This document shows positions 43,940 through 53,556 of a DNA stretch of 64,000 nucleotides, in pieces. Location of the stretch: positions 7,983-71,982 of the forward strand of contig JBBRQB010000002.1 in assembly GCA_038227105.1 (NCBI GenBank), given 5' to 3'. A program made the translations under genes and the position numbers. The DNA comes from Candidatus Limnocylindria bacterium. Lineage in GTDB: Bacteria > Chloroflexota > Limnocylindria > P2-11E. Position 1 is the first letter of the stretch, and each line of letters opens with the position of its first letter. The notes under the pieces are model-generated. The model searched no databases. It worked only from the letters and a program-made list of their open reading frames with translations, and was not told where the DNA came from.

Positions 43940-44701
43940 CTAGTCGAACAGGTCGCCGGACCGCGGCGCGTTCGCCGTGCGGTCGATCGCGAGATGGAAG
44001 TACTCCTTGCCCTGACGCCGCTTGAGCAGCTCGTAGAAGAAGTCGCGGTCCTTGTGCTGCGTCTTGTGGCACTCGAAGGCCGCGGCCTTGCGCGCCTCGA
44101 ACGCCGAGACGTCGATCACATGCGTCGGCGTGACCGCTCCGAACGCCGCCGGCGCAGCGGCGACATACGGCGTCGCGCTGAAAAAGAGCCGGCGTGCGAC
44201 ATGGGGATCCCCGCGCTCAGGGTACTGGTCGGCGAGCGCGGCGCGGGCGAAGCCACGTGCGGCGAAGTACGACGCCGAGCGATGATCGTCGTGCTCGCTG
44301 CCGGCGCCCTCGGGGCCGAACGTGCACACGATGTCGGGCCGCACGTCGCGGATCGCGCCGACGATGTCGGCCGTGATGACGTCGGCTGGCGCGTCCTTCA
44401 GCCCACCGTCGGGATAGCGCAGGAGACGCGACCACTGGAAGCCGACGAATTCGACCGCCGCCGCCCATTCCGTCGCGCGCTCAGTGCCCAGCTCGAGCTT
44501 CGACCACGAGCCGAAGTCCTTGCCGAGCCAGAGCCCGGCATCGCCGCGGGTGAGGGTGAGCAGCGCGATGGTGTGACCGGCCGCCGCGAGCTGCATGGGC
44601 GTGCCGGACACGAACGATTCGTCGTCGGGATGCGCGTAGATGAAGAGTGCGGTGCCGATGTGGGACAGCGTACCGTTCTGCGCATGACGAGCGAGCCGCA
44701 C
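43940..44701 (-). CDS. PIG-L/LmbE-family deacetylase (second paralog)
   Basis: C-terminal 253 aa of the 777-aa ORF 43940..46273: VRLARHAQNGTLSHIGTALFIYAHPDDESFVSG...VCTFGPEGAGSEHDDH (HPDDE/HxDH). The rest of the long ORF is antisense to the UbiE-like and ACAD genes and is rejected. The GTG 44701 start overlaps the divergent UbiE/MenG-like start by 18 bp, so one of the two starts is uncertain. Confidence 0.7.
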   Translation of the reverse strand: MRLARHAQNGTLSHIGTALFIYAHPDDESFVSGTPMQLAAAGHTIALLTLTRGDAGLWLGKDFGSWSKLELGTERATEWAAAVEFVGFQWSRLLRYPDGGLKDAPADVITADIVGAIRDVRPDIVCTFGPEGAGSEHDDHRSASYFAARGFARAALADQYPERGDPHVARRLFFSATPYVAAAPAAFGAVTPTHVIDVSAFEARKAAAFECHKTQHKDRDFFYELLKRRQGKEYFHLAIDRTANAPRSGDLFD

Positions 44702-45379
44702 GACCGCGAGATCGCGGCGATGTTCGACCGCATCGCAGCCCGCTATGACTTCCTCAACCGGGTCCTGTCGTTCGGGACCGACATCGGCTGGCGCAAGCGG
44801 GCCATCGGACGCGCGGGGATCCAGCGCGGCCATGCGGTCCTCGATATCGGCGCCGGCACCGGCGACCTCTCGTTCGCGGCCGCCGATCGCGGCGCTGACG
44901 TGCTCGCCGTCGACCTCTCTGCCGGGATGCTCGCGGTGCTCGCCCGCCGGGCCACGTCGGAGCAGCGCGCGCGGATCCGGGCGCTGGTCGGCAACGCGGA
45001 AGCGCTCCCGCTGCCCGATCGCAGCATCGATCGCCTCGTCACGGGCTTCACCGTCCGCAACGTCCACGATCTGCCACGGGCGTTCGCCGAGTTCAGGCGC
45101 GTGCTCCGGCCCGGTGGCCGTGCGGTCATCCTGGAGCTGTCGCACCCGCGGAGCGCGGCGTTCGCCGGCCTCTACTCCTTCTATTTCGACCGGATCGCAC
45201 CCCTGGTCGCGGCGCTTCTTGGTGGCGACCGCGAGGCGTATCGCTACCTGCCGCGCTCGCTGCGGCCATTCCCCAGGCCGGAGCGTCTTGCCGACCTGCT
45301 GCGGGACGCGGGGTTCAGAGACGTGCGTTTTGAGCGCCTGACCTTCGGGATCGCGGCCATCCACGTCGCCGAGGTCTAG
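44684..45379 (+). CDS. ubiE: UbiE/MenG-type SAM-dependent methyltransferase (demethylmenaquinone methyltransferase-like)
   Basis: ORF track frame 43865..45379, trimmed to ATG 44684. MTSEPHDREIAAMFDRIAARYDFLNRVLSFG...VLDIGAGTGDL...LRPGGRAVILELS is the UbiE consensus. Confidence 0.8.
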   Translation: MTSEPHDREIAAMFDRIAARYDFLNRVLSFGTDIGWRKRAIGRAGIQRGHAVLDIGAGTGDLSFAAADRGADVLAVDLSAGMLAVLARRATSEQRARIRALVGNAEALPLPDRSIDRLVTGFTVRNVHDLPRAFAEFRRVLRPGGRAVILELSHPRSAAFAGLYSFYFDRIAPLVAALLGGDREAYRYLPRSLRPFPRPERLADLLRDAGFRDVRFERLTFGIAAIHVAEV

Positions 45380-45388
45380 GCTGCCCGC

Positions 45389-46537
45389 GTGAACGCCGAC
45401 CTGCCCGAGGAGCTCCTCCTTCTCAAGCGCACCGTGCGCGAGTTCGTCGAAGGCAGGCTGCAGCCGATCGAGGAGCAGGTCGAGCGCGAGGACAAGATCC
45501 CGGACGCTGTCATGAAGGAGATGGGCGCACTCGGGTTCTTCGGCCTGCCGTTCCCCGAGCAGTACGGTGGCGTCGGAGCCGGTGACCTCGGGTACTGCCT
45601 GGCCCTCGAAGAATTCGGCCGGACGAGCGCCGCCTTCTCGAATCTCATTGGCGCGCACACCTCGATCGGCTCGATGTCCATCTATCTCGGCGGTACCGAG
45701 GACCAGAAGCAGCGCTACCTCCCGGATCTCACGACCGGCCGCAAGATCGCGGCGTTCTCGCTTACCGAGCCATCGAGCGGCTCGGACGCGGCGTCGATCC
45801 AGACGAGTGCCGTGAAGAAGGGCGACCGCTGGATCCTGAACGGCACGAAGATCTGGGTGACGAACGGACCGATCGCGGACGTCGTCGTCGTGTACGCGGC
45901 GAACGACCGGGCCCTCGGGGCGCGCGGGGGGATCACCGCATTCATCGTCGAGAAGGGCTTCAGCGGTTTCCGCGTGGGCCGCGTCGACGAGAAGATGGGC
46001 CTCCACGGCAGCTACACCGGCGAGCTCGTGTTCGAGGACTGCCTGGTCCCTGAGGAGAATGTGCTCGGTGGCACGCCGGGTACCGGGTTCAAGACGGCGC
46101 TCGGCGCGCTGGATATCGGCCGGGTGTCGCTCTCTGCGGGTGCCGTCGGCTCGAGTCAGTACCTCCTCGAGCTTGCGATCGCGCACGCCAAGCGCCGGGT
46201 CCAGTTCGGCAAGCCGATCGCGGCGAACCAGGCGATCCAGTGGATGCTCGCGGATTCTGCGGTCGAGATCCACGCCGCGCGGCTCATGGTCTACGACGCG
46301 GCAACGAAGCTCGACGCCGGGAAGCGTGCCTCGACGGAGGCTGCGATGGTGAAGGTCTACGCGTCGGAGCTAGCGGGCCGGGTCGTCGACCGGGTGCTCC
46401 AGGTCTTCGGCGGAATGGGCTACATGAAGGGCTCCCCGGTCGAACGGGCGTACCGGGACGCGCGCATCCTTCGCATCTACGAAGGCACGAGCGAGGTCCA
46501 GCGGATGATCATCGCGGAGGAATTGCTCAAAGCGTAG
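45389..46537 (+). CDS. Acyl-CoA dehydrogenase
   Basis: ORF track 382 aa: ...AFSLTEPSSGSDAASIQT...YEGTSEVQRMIIAEELLK are ACAD motifs. Confidence 0.9.
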   Translation: MNADLPEELLLLKRTVREFVEGRLQPIEEQVEREDKIPDAVMKEMGALGFFGLPFPEQYGGVGAGDLGYCLALEEFGRTSAAFSNLIGAHTSIGSMSIYLGGTEDQKQRYLPDLTTGRKIAAFSLTEPSSGSDAASIQTSAVKKGDRWILNGTKIWVTNGPIADVVVVYAANDRALGARGGITAFIVEKGFSGFRVGRVDEKMGLHGSYTGELVFEDCLVPEENVLGGTPGTGFKTALGALDIGRVSLSAGAVGSSQYLLELAIAHAKRRVQFGKPIAANQAIQWMLADSAVEIHAARLMVYDAATKLDAGKRASTEAAMVKVYASELAGRVVDRVLQVFGGMGYMKGSPVERAYRDARILRIYEGTSEVQRMIIAEELLKA

Positions 46538-46552
46538 CCAACGGGGGAGGTT

Positions 46553-48286
46553 TTGGGGATGGCGCAGCGGATCGCGGTCACGCCACGCACGCTTACCTTG
46601 TCACCGAAGCACGCGCGGAACTACGACAAGGACGTGCCGGCCTCGCTCGAGTACCCGCGGGTGCCGCTCCACGCGTTCCTCGATCAGGCGGCCGAGCTCT
46701 ATCCCGCATCGACCGCGACGATCTTCTTCAACGCGAAGAAGTCGTACGCGACGCTGCTGAAGGACGCGACGCGTTTCTCGGCCGGGCTGCGATCCCTGGG
46801 CGTGAAGCAGGGCGACCGGGTCGCGATCGATCTCCCGAACACCCCGCAGTTCCTCATCGCGTTCTTTGGCGCGCTGCGCATCGGCGCGGTCGTCGTGCCG
46901 TGCAACCCGCTGTACACGCCGCCCGAGCTGCGGCACCAGCTTGCCGATTCGGGCGCGGAGACGATCGTCGTCCTCTCGAAGGGCTACCCCGTCGTAAAGG
47001 CCGCCCGCGAGGGCACGAAGATCCGCAACGTCATCGTGACGAACATCAAGGAGGAGATGCCGCCGGTCCTGCGGACGCTCTTCACGCTCGCCAAGGAGAA
47101 GAAGGACGGCCACCGCGTCCCGTTCGACGGTGACCCGGGCGCGATCGCGTTCCAGAAGGTGCTGTCGCTCGGCGGCGACGATTCCGCGGCGACCGTCGGA
47201 GCCGATGAGGTCGCCGTCCTCCAGTACACCGGCGGCACGACCGGCACCTCCAAGGGCGCGATGCTCTCGCACCGCGCGCTCGTCGCGAACGCGATCCAGT
47301 GCACGGCCTGGTTCGGCCAGGCGATGCGGCCTGGCAAGGACTCCGTCATGGGCGTCATGCCGCTCTTCCACGTCTATGGCCTCACGACGGTCATGAATTT
47401 CGCCGTGCTGACGGCGGGCGCGATCATCCTGGAGCCGCAGCTCGATCTGGAGCACGTGTTCAAGGACATCCAGCGTCACAAGCCCAAGCTCTTCCACGGC
47501 GCTCCGCGCATCTACAACGCGATCAACAACTCGCCACTCGCGAAGAAGTACGACCTCCGCTCGATCGTCGCCTGCATCTCGGGCTCGGCGCCGCTGCTGA
47601 TGGAGACCTCACGGAAGTTCCGCGAGCTGACGGGCGCGAATCTCGTCGAAGGCTATGGCCTGACCGAGGCATCCCCGGTCACGCACTGCAATCCGGTGTT
47701 CGACACCACGAAGAACCGCTTCGGGACCATCGGCCTCGCGTTCCCGGACACCGAGACCCGGCTCGTCGACATCGAGACCGGCGAGAAGGACGTCGCGCCC
47801 GGCGAGGCGGGGGAGCTGCTCATCCGCGGCCCGCAGCTGATGGACGGCTACTACGACCGGCCGGACGAGACCGCGCTCAGCCTCAAGGACGGGTGGCTCC
47901 ACACCGGCGATATCGCGACCATCGACGACGACGGCTACGTCGCGATCGTCGACCGCAAGAAGGAGATGATCATCGTCTCCGGCTTCAACGTGTATCCGCG
48001 CGAGGTCGAAGAGGCACTCGCGAAGCACTCCGCCGTGCTCGAAGCCGCGGCCATCGGCGTGCCGCACGCGATCAAGGGTGAAGAGGTCAAGGCGTTCGTC
48101 GTCCTCAAGCCGGGGCAGGCCGCGACCGCGGAGGAGCTCATGAACTTCTGCCGCGACCAGCTCGCGCCATTCAAGGTCCCGCGGGCCGTCGAGTTCCGCG
48201 ACACATTGCCCAAGACGCTCATCGGGAAGGTCCTCAGGCGGCAGCTCGCCGAGGAGGACAAGAAGAAGCGCTCCACCGCGGCGTGA
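46553..48286 (+). CDS. Long-chain fatty-acid--CoA ligase (AMP-binding, FadD-like)
   Basis: ORF track 577 aa: LQYTGGTTGTSKGAMLSHRAL (AMP-binding motif I)...EGYGLTEASP...WLHTGDIATIDDDGYVAIVDRKK. Confidence 0.9.
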   Translation: MGMAQRIAVTPRTLTLSPKHARNYDKDVPASLEYPRVPLHAFLDQAAELYPASTATIFFNAKKSYATLLKDATRFSAGLRSLGVKQGDRVAIDLPNTPQFLIAFFGALRIGAVVVPCNPLYTPPELRHQLADSGAETIVVLSKGYPVVKAAREGTKIRNVIVTNIKEEMPPVLRTLFTLAKEKKDGHRVPFDGDPGAIAFQKVLSLGGDDSAATVGADEVAVLQYTGGTTGTSKGAMLSHRALVANAIQCTAWFGQAMRPGKDSVMGVMPLFHVYGLTTVMNFAVLTAGAIILEPQLDLEHVFKDIQRHKPKLFHGAPRIYNAINNSPLAKKYDLRSIVACISGSAPLLMETSRKFRELTGANLVEGYGLTEASPVTHCNPVFDTTKNRFGTIGLAFPDTETRLVDIETGEKDVAPGEAGELLIRGPQLMDGYYDRPDETALSLKDGWLHTGDIATIDDDGYVAIVDRKKEMIIVSGFNVYPREVEEALAKHSAVLEAAAIGVPHAIKGEEVKAFVVLKPGQAATAEELMNFCRDQLAPFKVPRAVEFRDTLPKTLIGKVLRRQLAEEDKKKRSTAA

Positions 48287-50178
48287 TCGCATACCGCGAG
48301 CGCGCGACCCTGGTGACGGTCTGCGGCACCTTCGTGCCCGAGGGGAGCCCGGGCGTCATCGCCGACGCGATCCTCGCCGAGCTCGCGGCCATCGGACGGC
48401 CGAAGCTCCTCGCCGACCTGCGTCTCTTCTTGATGCTGATCGACTCGCGCCTCGCGAACCTCGCGCTCGTCGGCCGGCCGGTCCGCTTCAGCGAGCTCAG
48501 CCAGTCCGCGCGCGAAACGTACCTCCGCCGGTGGGCCGACTCGCGCATCCCACTGCTCCGCAGCGGGTTCCAGGCGGTCAAGCGTCTCGCGCTCTATATC
48601 GGGTACTCGCATCGCGATGCGGGCGCGGCGGCGTTGCTCCCGGAGACGGGGTACGTCGCGCCCGATCCGCTCCCACTGCCGGGCGTGCCGCTCGCGATCC
48701 GGTCAGTCGCGGTGCGTGACCTCGACACCCTGGAGTGCGACGTGTGCGTCGTCGGCTCGGGCGCGGGTGGCGCCGTCGCCGCGTTCGAGGCGGCGAAGGC
48801 CGGCCGCTCGGTCGTCGTCCTCGAGCGCGGTCCGGCCTGGACCGAGGCCGACCTCGTCCCGCGCGAGGCCGAGGGCACCGCGCGGCTCTTCTGGGATCGC
48901 GGTCTCGCCGCGACCGAGGACCTGGGGGTCGTCCTCTTCGCCGGCAGCGCCCTCGGGGGTGGCACGGTCGTCAACTGGATGACGTCGCTGCGGATCCCCG
49001 ACGACGTTCGTGAGGAGTGGGAATCCCTCGGCGCGGACGGAATGGGCAGCGAGCTCGACGGGCACTACGACGCCGTCGCGCAGCGGAGCGACGTCAACAC
49101 CGATGAGAGCCTGCGCAACGCGCAGAACAGTGCGCTCGCGCGTGGCCTCGATGCGCTCGGCAAGCCGTGGTCGGTCATTCCGCGCAACGCTCGCGGCTGC
49201 GGTGACTGCGGGCATTGCGGCTACGGCTGCCGCGCCGGCGCGAAGCGCTCGACCGCGCGGACCTTCCTCACCGATGCGGTCGCGCTCGGCACGCGGGTCG
49301 TCACCGATTGCGACGCGCGGACGATCACGACGATCAACGGCGCGGTCACCGGTGTGACGGCGCTCGCCGGCGGGCGCGCCATCACGGTGCGCGCACCACT
49401 CGTCGTGCTCGCCGGCGGAGCGATCGGCACGCCGGCGCTGCTCCTCCGGTCCGCGCTCGGCGGTCCGCTTGCCGGACGCCGTCTCTTTCTGCACCCGGTG
49501 CCGGCGGTCTTCGCGCGCTACGCGGACCCGATCCGGATGTGGTCCGGCGTGCCCCAGAGCGTGGTGTCCGACGCGTTCGCGCGTCTCGATGGCGCGTACG
49601 GCTTCCGGCTCGAGGTGCCGCCGGTCCTGCCAGGCGTCGCGGCCGCGGGCGTCGTCTGGCGTTCCGCCGAGCAGCATCGCGGAACGATGCGCTCCATCGA
49701 CCGGTTCGCCGCATTCATCCCGATCGTGCGCGACCGCGAGCCCGGTCGTGTTCACGTCGATCGGGATGGCGAGGCGCTCGTGTCGTACCAGGTCAGCGGC
49801 GTGGACCGCGCGATGTGTGTCCGAGCGATCGTCGAGACGGCGAAGGTGCACCTCGCGGCCGGTGCGCGCGAGGTGCAGACGCTCCACACCCGGCCGCTCC
49901 TGCTCGAGCCGGGCGGCGACATCGCGGCTTTCGCGGCGGCGGTGGAACGACGGGGCGTCGCGCCGAACACCGTCGGGATGTTCAGCGCGCACCAGATGGG
50001 TACCGCCGGGATGGGGGGCGCGCGGGATTCCGTGGCGGATCCTGACGGCGCGGTGCGTGGGGTGCGCGGTCTGCACGTGGCGGACGCGAGCGCGTTCCCG
50101 AACGCGTCGGGTGTGAATCCGATGCTCACGGTCATGGCCCTCGCACGCCGCAACGCGCGGCGCATGCTCGCGGGCTAG
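48283..50178 (+). CDS. GMC-family FAD-dependent oxidoreductase with N-terminal extension
   Basis: ORF track 631 aa: CDVCVVGSGAGGAVAAFEAAKAGRSVVVLERG (Rossmann FAD) ...GLHVADASAFPNASGVNPMLTVMALA (GMC C-terminal motif). ATG overlaps the FadD stop (ATGA). Confidence 0.85.
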   Translation: MIAYRERATLVTVCGTFVPEGSPGVIADAILAELAAIGRPKLLADLRLFLMLIDSRLANLALVGRPVRFSELSQSARETYLRRWADSRIPLLRSGFQAVKRLALYIGYSHRDAGAAALLPETGYVAPDPLPLPGVPLAIRSVAVRDLDTLECDVCVVGSGAGGAVAAFEAAKAGRSVVVLERGPAWTEADLVPREAEGTARLFWDRGLAATEDLGVVLFAGSALGGGTVVNWMTSLRIPDDVREEWESLGADGMGSELDGHYDAVAQRSDVNTDESLRNAQNSALARGLDALGKPWSVIPRNARGCGDCGHCGYGCRAGAKRSTARTFLTDAVALGTRVVTDCDARTITTINGAVTGVTALAGGRAITVRAPLVVLAGGAIGTPALLLRSALGGPLAGRRLFLHPVPAVFARYADPIRMWSGVPQSVVSDAFARLDGAYGFRLEVPPVLPGVAAAGVVWRSAEQHRGTMRSIDRFAAFIPIVRDREPGRVHVDRDGEALVSYQVSGVDRAMCVRAIVETAKVHLAAGAREVQTLHTRPLLLEPGGDIAAFAAAVERRGVAPNTVGMFSAHQMGTAGMGGARDSVADPDGAVRGVRGLHVADASAFPNASGVNPMLTVMALARRNARRMLAG

Positions 50179-51218
50179 GCGGGCTCTTTCAGTATCGCGG
50201 CCATCCGGTCGTCGTACGAGTTGAAGAACTTGGTCATCATCCGCGACGCCGCAAGACCGCGTACCTTGCCGGCGAGCCCCTTCGGCTCGTCCCAGAAGAT
50301 CGCGCTGTCGACGCGCGCTCCCGCCCCCTCGTGCACGACGCGGTCGGTGCGGTATATGCGCCCCACGAACGGGAAGTCGCACGTGAGCGTCAGCTCCGAT
50401 GGCTGCTCCGCGGCGAGCACGCGAAAGACCGTCGTCCGATTCCCGCCGTGCTCGCAGTGGTACTCCGCGCCGAGGAGCGTGCCGCGCGCGCCGTCCTCGA
50501 ACGTGATCTTCGGAACCTGCATGATCCGCCGTCGCGCGACCGGATCCGTCATGAGGTGCCACACCCGCTCCGGCGGGGCATCGTACCGTCGCGAGCGCCG
50601 CGCCTTCGCCTCTGCGTCGGTGACCTGCACTCGCTCTTCGTGCAGGGCGTATTCGCGCACCGGCGCCAGGTCCAGATATGCGGCCGGGATGTCGCCGAGG
50701 TCGTAGTGCTGCGGCGCGGCGATATAGCCGGTACGCGCGCTCGCCGGCCACGCGCCCGAGGCGGCGTCCGTCGCGAGGAGGTACTCACGGAGCGGCACCG
50801 TGTTCTTCAGCAGGCGGTGCACGAGGTTCACGTCCGTCCCATGTAGCTGCGTCACGCCGGCGACGACCTGCTTCGAGTACGTGCCGCGATGGACGACGAA
50901 CTTGAGACCGAGGCCGCCGATCATCTGGCAGGCCTGACATGGGCACGTCGTGGCGGCGCGCATGTCACGCAGCCGGCGGTGGAACGTCGCGAACGTCTCG
51001 CGCAGCCAGTCCGTGACCTCGACACCGGTCCGCTCGGTCGTGCAACAGAGCGCGTCGCCCTCGACCTGATCGACGCTGAGCTTTCCGCCGAAGCTCTTGG
51101 CGATGTTCTCGATGAGCTCGGCCAGGATCTCGCGGGAGTGTTCGTGCTCGGTCCCGGAGACGAACGCGGTGTACCCGGAGATATCGGCCATGACGAGGAG
51201 ACCCTCGAGGGGCGGCAT
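50175..51218 (-). CDS. DUF2652-like protein (nucleotidyl-cyclase-like N-domain + SRPBCC-like C-domain)
   Basis: ORF track frame 50175..51680, trimmed to ATG 51218. MPPLEGLLVMADISGYTAFVSGTEHEHSREILAELI is a class III cyclase-like fold. The C-terminal ~150 aa are START/SRPBCC-like. Confidence 0.55.
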   Translation of the reverse strand: MPPLEGLLVMADISGYTAFVSGTEHEHSREILAELIENIAKSFGGKLSVDQVEGDALCCTTERTGVEVTDWLRETFATFHRRLRDMRAATTCPCQACQMIGGLGLKFVVHRGTYSKQVVAGVTQLHGTDVNLVHRLLKNTVPLREYLLATDAASGAWPASARTGYIAAPQHYDLGDIPAAYLDLAPVREYALHEERVQVTDAEAKARRSRRYDAPPERVWHLMTDPVARRRIMQVPKITFEDGARGTLLGAEYHCEHGGNRTTVFRVLAAEQPSELTLTCDFPFVGRIYRTDRVVHEGAGARVDSAIFWDEPKGLAGKVRGLAASRMMTKFFNSYDDRMAAILKEPA

Positions 51219-51254
51219 GGGCACGATTATCGGTCGAAGCCCTACGGTACGTCG

Positions 51255-52181
51255 ATGCCCAGGGTGACACCGACGATCATCTCGAGCGGCAATGGGCGCG
51301 GCGCGCTGCCGACCGGGATCAGGATCCTCAAGAGGGGCGGCAGCGCCCTCGACGCGGTCGAGGCCTGCGCTCGGATCGTCGAGGCTGATCCGACCGACAA
51401 GACCGTGGGCCTCGGCGGTCTGCCCAACGTGCTCGGCGATGTGGAGCTCGATGCCTCCATCGTTGACGGCACCACCCACCAGGCGGGATCCGTCGCCTCG
51501 CTCAGGGGGTTCCTCCATCCGATCACCGTCGCGCGCGCGGTGATGGAGCAGCTCCCGCATGTGATGCTCGTCGGTGCCGGCGCCGCGCGCTTCGCGCGCG
51601 AGATCGGGGCCGAGGAGGCGGAGCTCCTCACGCCTGAGGCTCGCGCGGAGTGGGTCGCGGCGCTCAGGGACGCGAAGCACACGCCGGCCTCCATCGCGAA
51701 GGCGACGGCGCTCGCTCCTGTCGTGTGGACGACGGTGGCCGAGCGTGGCACGGTGAACTTCATCGCCATCGACGAGAACGGCAATGTCGCCTCAGCGGTC
51801 TCGACCAGCGGGTGGGGGTTCAAGTACCCGGGCCGGGTCGGCGACTCGCCGATCATCGGCGCCGGCCACTACTCCGATTCGCGCTACGGCGGTGCCGCCT
51901 GCACCGGATTTGGCGAGCTCGCGCTCCGCAACGTGACGACGAAGACCGCCGTGGACCGGCTCGCGCGTGGCGCGACCGCCGCCCTGGTCGCCGCGGATGC
52001 GATCGCGGACGCGAACGCGCTCGAGAGCCCGGGCCTGCGCCTGAACATCGTCGTCCTCGCCGCCGATGGCGAGCACGCCGCGGCCACGACGAAACGGAAC
52101 GTGCAGTACGCGTACCAGACGACCGGTATGACGCGGCCGGCAGTGAAGCAACGGACGATCATCCGGCGGCGATCGACGTGA
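51255..52181 (+). CDS. Ntn-hydrolase of the asparaginase-2 / isoaspartyl peptidase / glycosylasparaginase family
   Basis: ORF track frame 50889..52181, trimmed to ATG 51255. ...GTVNFIAIDENGNVASAVSTSGWGFKYPGRVGDSPIIGAG (autocleavage site Thr in TSG context; GxGD). Confidence 0.8.
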   Translation: MPRVTPTIISSGNGRGALPTGIRILKRGGSALDAVEACARIVEADPTDKTVGLGGLPNVLGDVELDASIVDGTTHQAGSVASLRGFLHPITVARAVMEQLPHVMLVGAGAARFAREIGAEEAELLTPEARAEWVAALRDAKHTPASIAKATALAPVVWTTVAERGTVNFIAIDENGNVASAVSTSGWGFKYPGRVGDSPIIGAGHYSDSRYGGAACTGFGELALRNVTTKTAVDRLARGATAALVAADAIADANALESPGLRLNIVVLAADGEHAAATTKRNVQYAYQTTGMTRPAVKQRTIIRRRST

Positions 52182-52816
52182 GCCGTCGGTGGATCGCGTT
52201 CTCCGCCTACGCGAACGCGGTGTGCGCGCTCGCGCAGATCATGACCTCGGGCGGCGACCCTGCGGCGAACGGCGTCGCCGGCCTCCTGAACAACGCGTTC
52301 GGCGTGCTGTGGGCAGGTAGCTTCGTCCCGCTCGCGTGGGCCTTCTACCGCGCGTGTCGCGGGCACGCGGACATCGTGAGCGCCGCCGTCTTCCTGTTCG
52401 GCCTCGCCGGATTCGGCGCGGCCGCCTTCCTTGAGATCGCGAAGGCGGTCGGCAACATCTCCTTCGAGCAGTACACGGTGGCGTACTACCCGGCGCTCGG
52501 CGCGATCGGCGTCTGGCTCGTCATGGCCGAGGGCATCGCGCTGCTCGAGACCGACCTGCCGCGCGGCCCGCTCGTGTACGGCGCGGTCAGCGGCGCGCTG
52601 TGGTTCTTCGCGAACGTGCTGTTCGGGGCCGGCGGGCTGCCGTCGGCCGCGACCGCCACCGGGCCGACCAACGACGCGACCGATGGCGGGATCCTCCTGC
52701 TGGAGACCGCGCTGCTCATGCAGCCGTTCTGGGGCCTGTGGCTCGGACGCGCGCTCCTCGCGCCGCCGCCCACTCCCGCGACCGGCCGCCCGAGTGGCAC
52801 CCGCACCGGTCTCTAA
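52178..52816 (+). CDS. Integral membrane protein (unknown family)
   Basis: ORF track frame 51650..52816, trimmed to GTG 52178 that overlaps the upstream TGA (GTGA). Five hydrophobic helices; Pro/Thr-rich C-tail. Confidence 0.5.
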   Translation: MSRRWIAFSAYANAVCALAQIMTSGGDPAANGVAGLLNNAFGVLWAGSFVPLAWAFYRACRGHADIVSAAVFLFGLAGFGAAAFLEIAKAVGNISFEQYTVAYYPALGAIGVWLVMAEGIALLETDLPRGPLVYGAVSGALWFFANVLFGAGGLPSAATATGPTNDATDGGILLLETALLMQPFWGLWLGRALLAPPPTPATGRPSGTRTGL

Positions 52817-53556
52817 GGGCCGAAGCTCCGCCAAAGCAGGTTCGCGACGCTCAGCACCAGCAGCACGACGATGAGCTGCCGGAACCGCTGCTGGTCGAGG
52901 CGCCCGCGGAAAAAGATACCCACCATCAGCGCGAGCAGCGTCGGTACGAGACCGAGCAGACCGATGGCGAGGATGTCCGGCGTGTAGAGGCCCAGCAGCG
53001 AGTAGCCGGCGAGCTGGATCAGCGCATTGAGCTCGAAGATCGCGGCCAGCACGACGACGTACTCGTGGCGGTCCATCTTCCGCGCGTGGAAGAACGAGCC
53101 GATGAGCGGGCTCGCGATCGAGGTCGTTCCCTGGAGCACACCTCCGACAAAGCCGACCGCCGGCCCGAGCACGCGCGCCCGTGTCGCGCCGGGGTCGTCG
53201 CCGATCAGGCGATCACCCCGCGCGAGGAAGATGACGACCATGGTCGCGATGAGGATCGCGAAGGTCTTCTGATCGAGAAGCGCGAGGAGATTGACCCCGA
53301 TCACGGTCCCGACCGCGCTCGCGGCGATGATCGGCGCGATGCCGCGCAGGACGCCGAGCCGTTTCCACCCCTGCAGCAGGAGCACTGAATTCGCGGCGAA
53401 GATCGGGATGGTCACGATCACCACCGCGGCCTTCGGGCCGAACACGCCGGCGAGGATCGGTGTCGCCACGAGCGGCAGTCCCATGCCGGTGATGCCCTTC
53501 GCGAAGCCCGCGAACGCGAGGCCGACGATGAGGATCAGGAGATCGCCTGTGCCCAT
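52813..53556 (-). CDS. TSUP-family (TauE/SafE, DUF81) anion exporter
   Basis: ORF track frame 52813..53955, trimmed to ATG 53556. LILIVGLAFAGFAKGITGMGLPLVATPILAG...GFVGGVLQGTTSIASPLIGSFF is the duplicated 4-TM TauE signature. Confidence 0.8.
   Translation of the reverse strand: MGTGDLLILIVGLAFAGFAKGITGMGLPLVATPILAGVFGPKAAVVIVTIPIFAANSVLLLQGWKRLGVLRGIAPIIAASAVGTVIGVNLLALLDQKTFAILIATMVVIFLARGDRLIGDDPGATRARVLGPAVGFVGGVLQGTTSIASPLIGSFFHARKMDRHEYVVVLAAIFELNALIQLAGYSLLGLYTPDILAIGLLGLVPTLLALMVGIFFRGRLDQQRFRQLIVVLLVLSVANLLWRSFGP

Noticed and set aside
44702-46273. N-terminal 520 aa of the 777-aa minus-strand ORF 43940..46273
   Set aside because: It is antisense to the UbiE-like methyltransferase and acyl-CoA dehydrogenase genes. 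Only the C-terminal LmbE-like domain (43940..44701) is credible.
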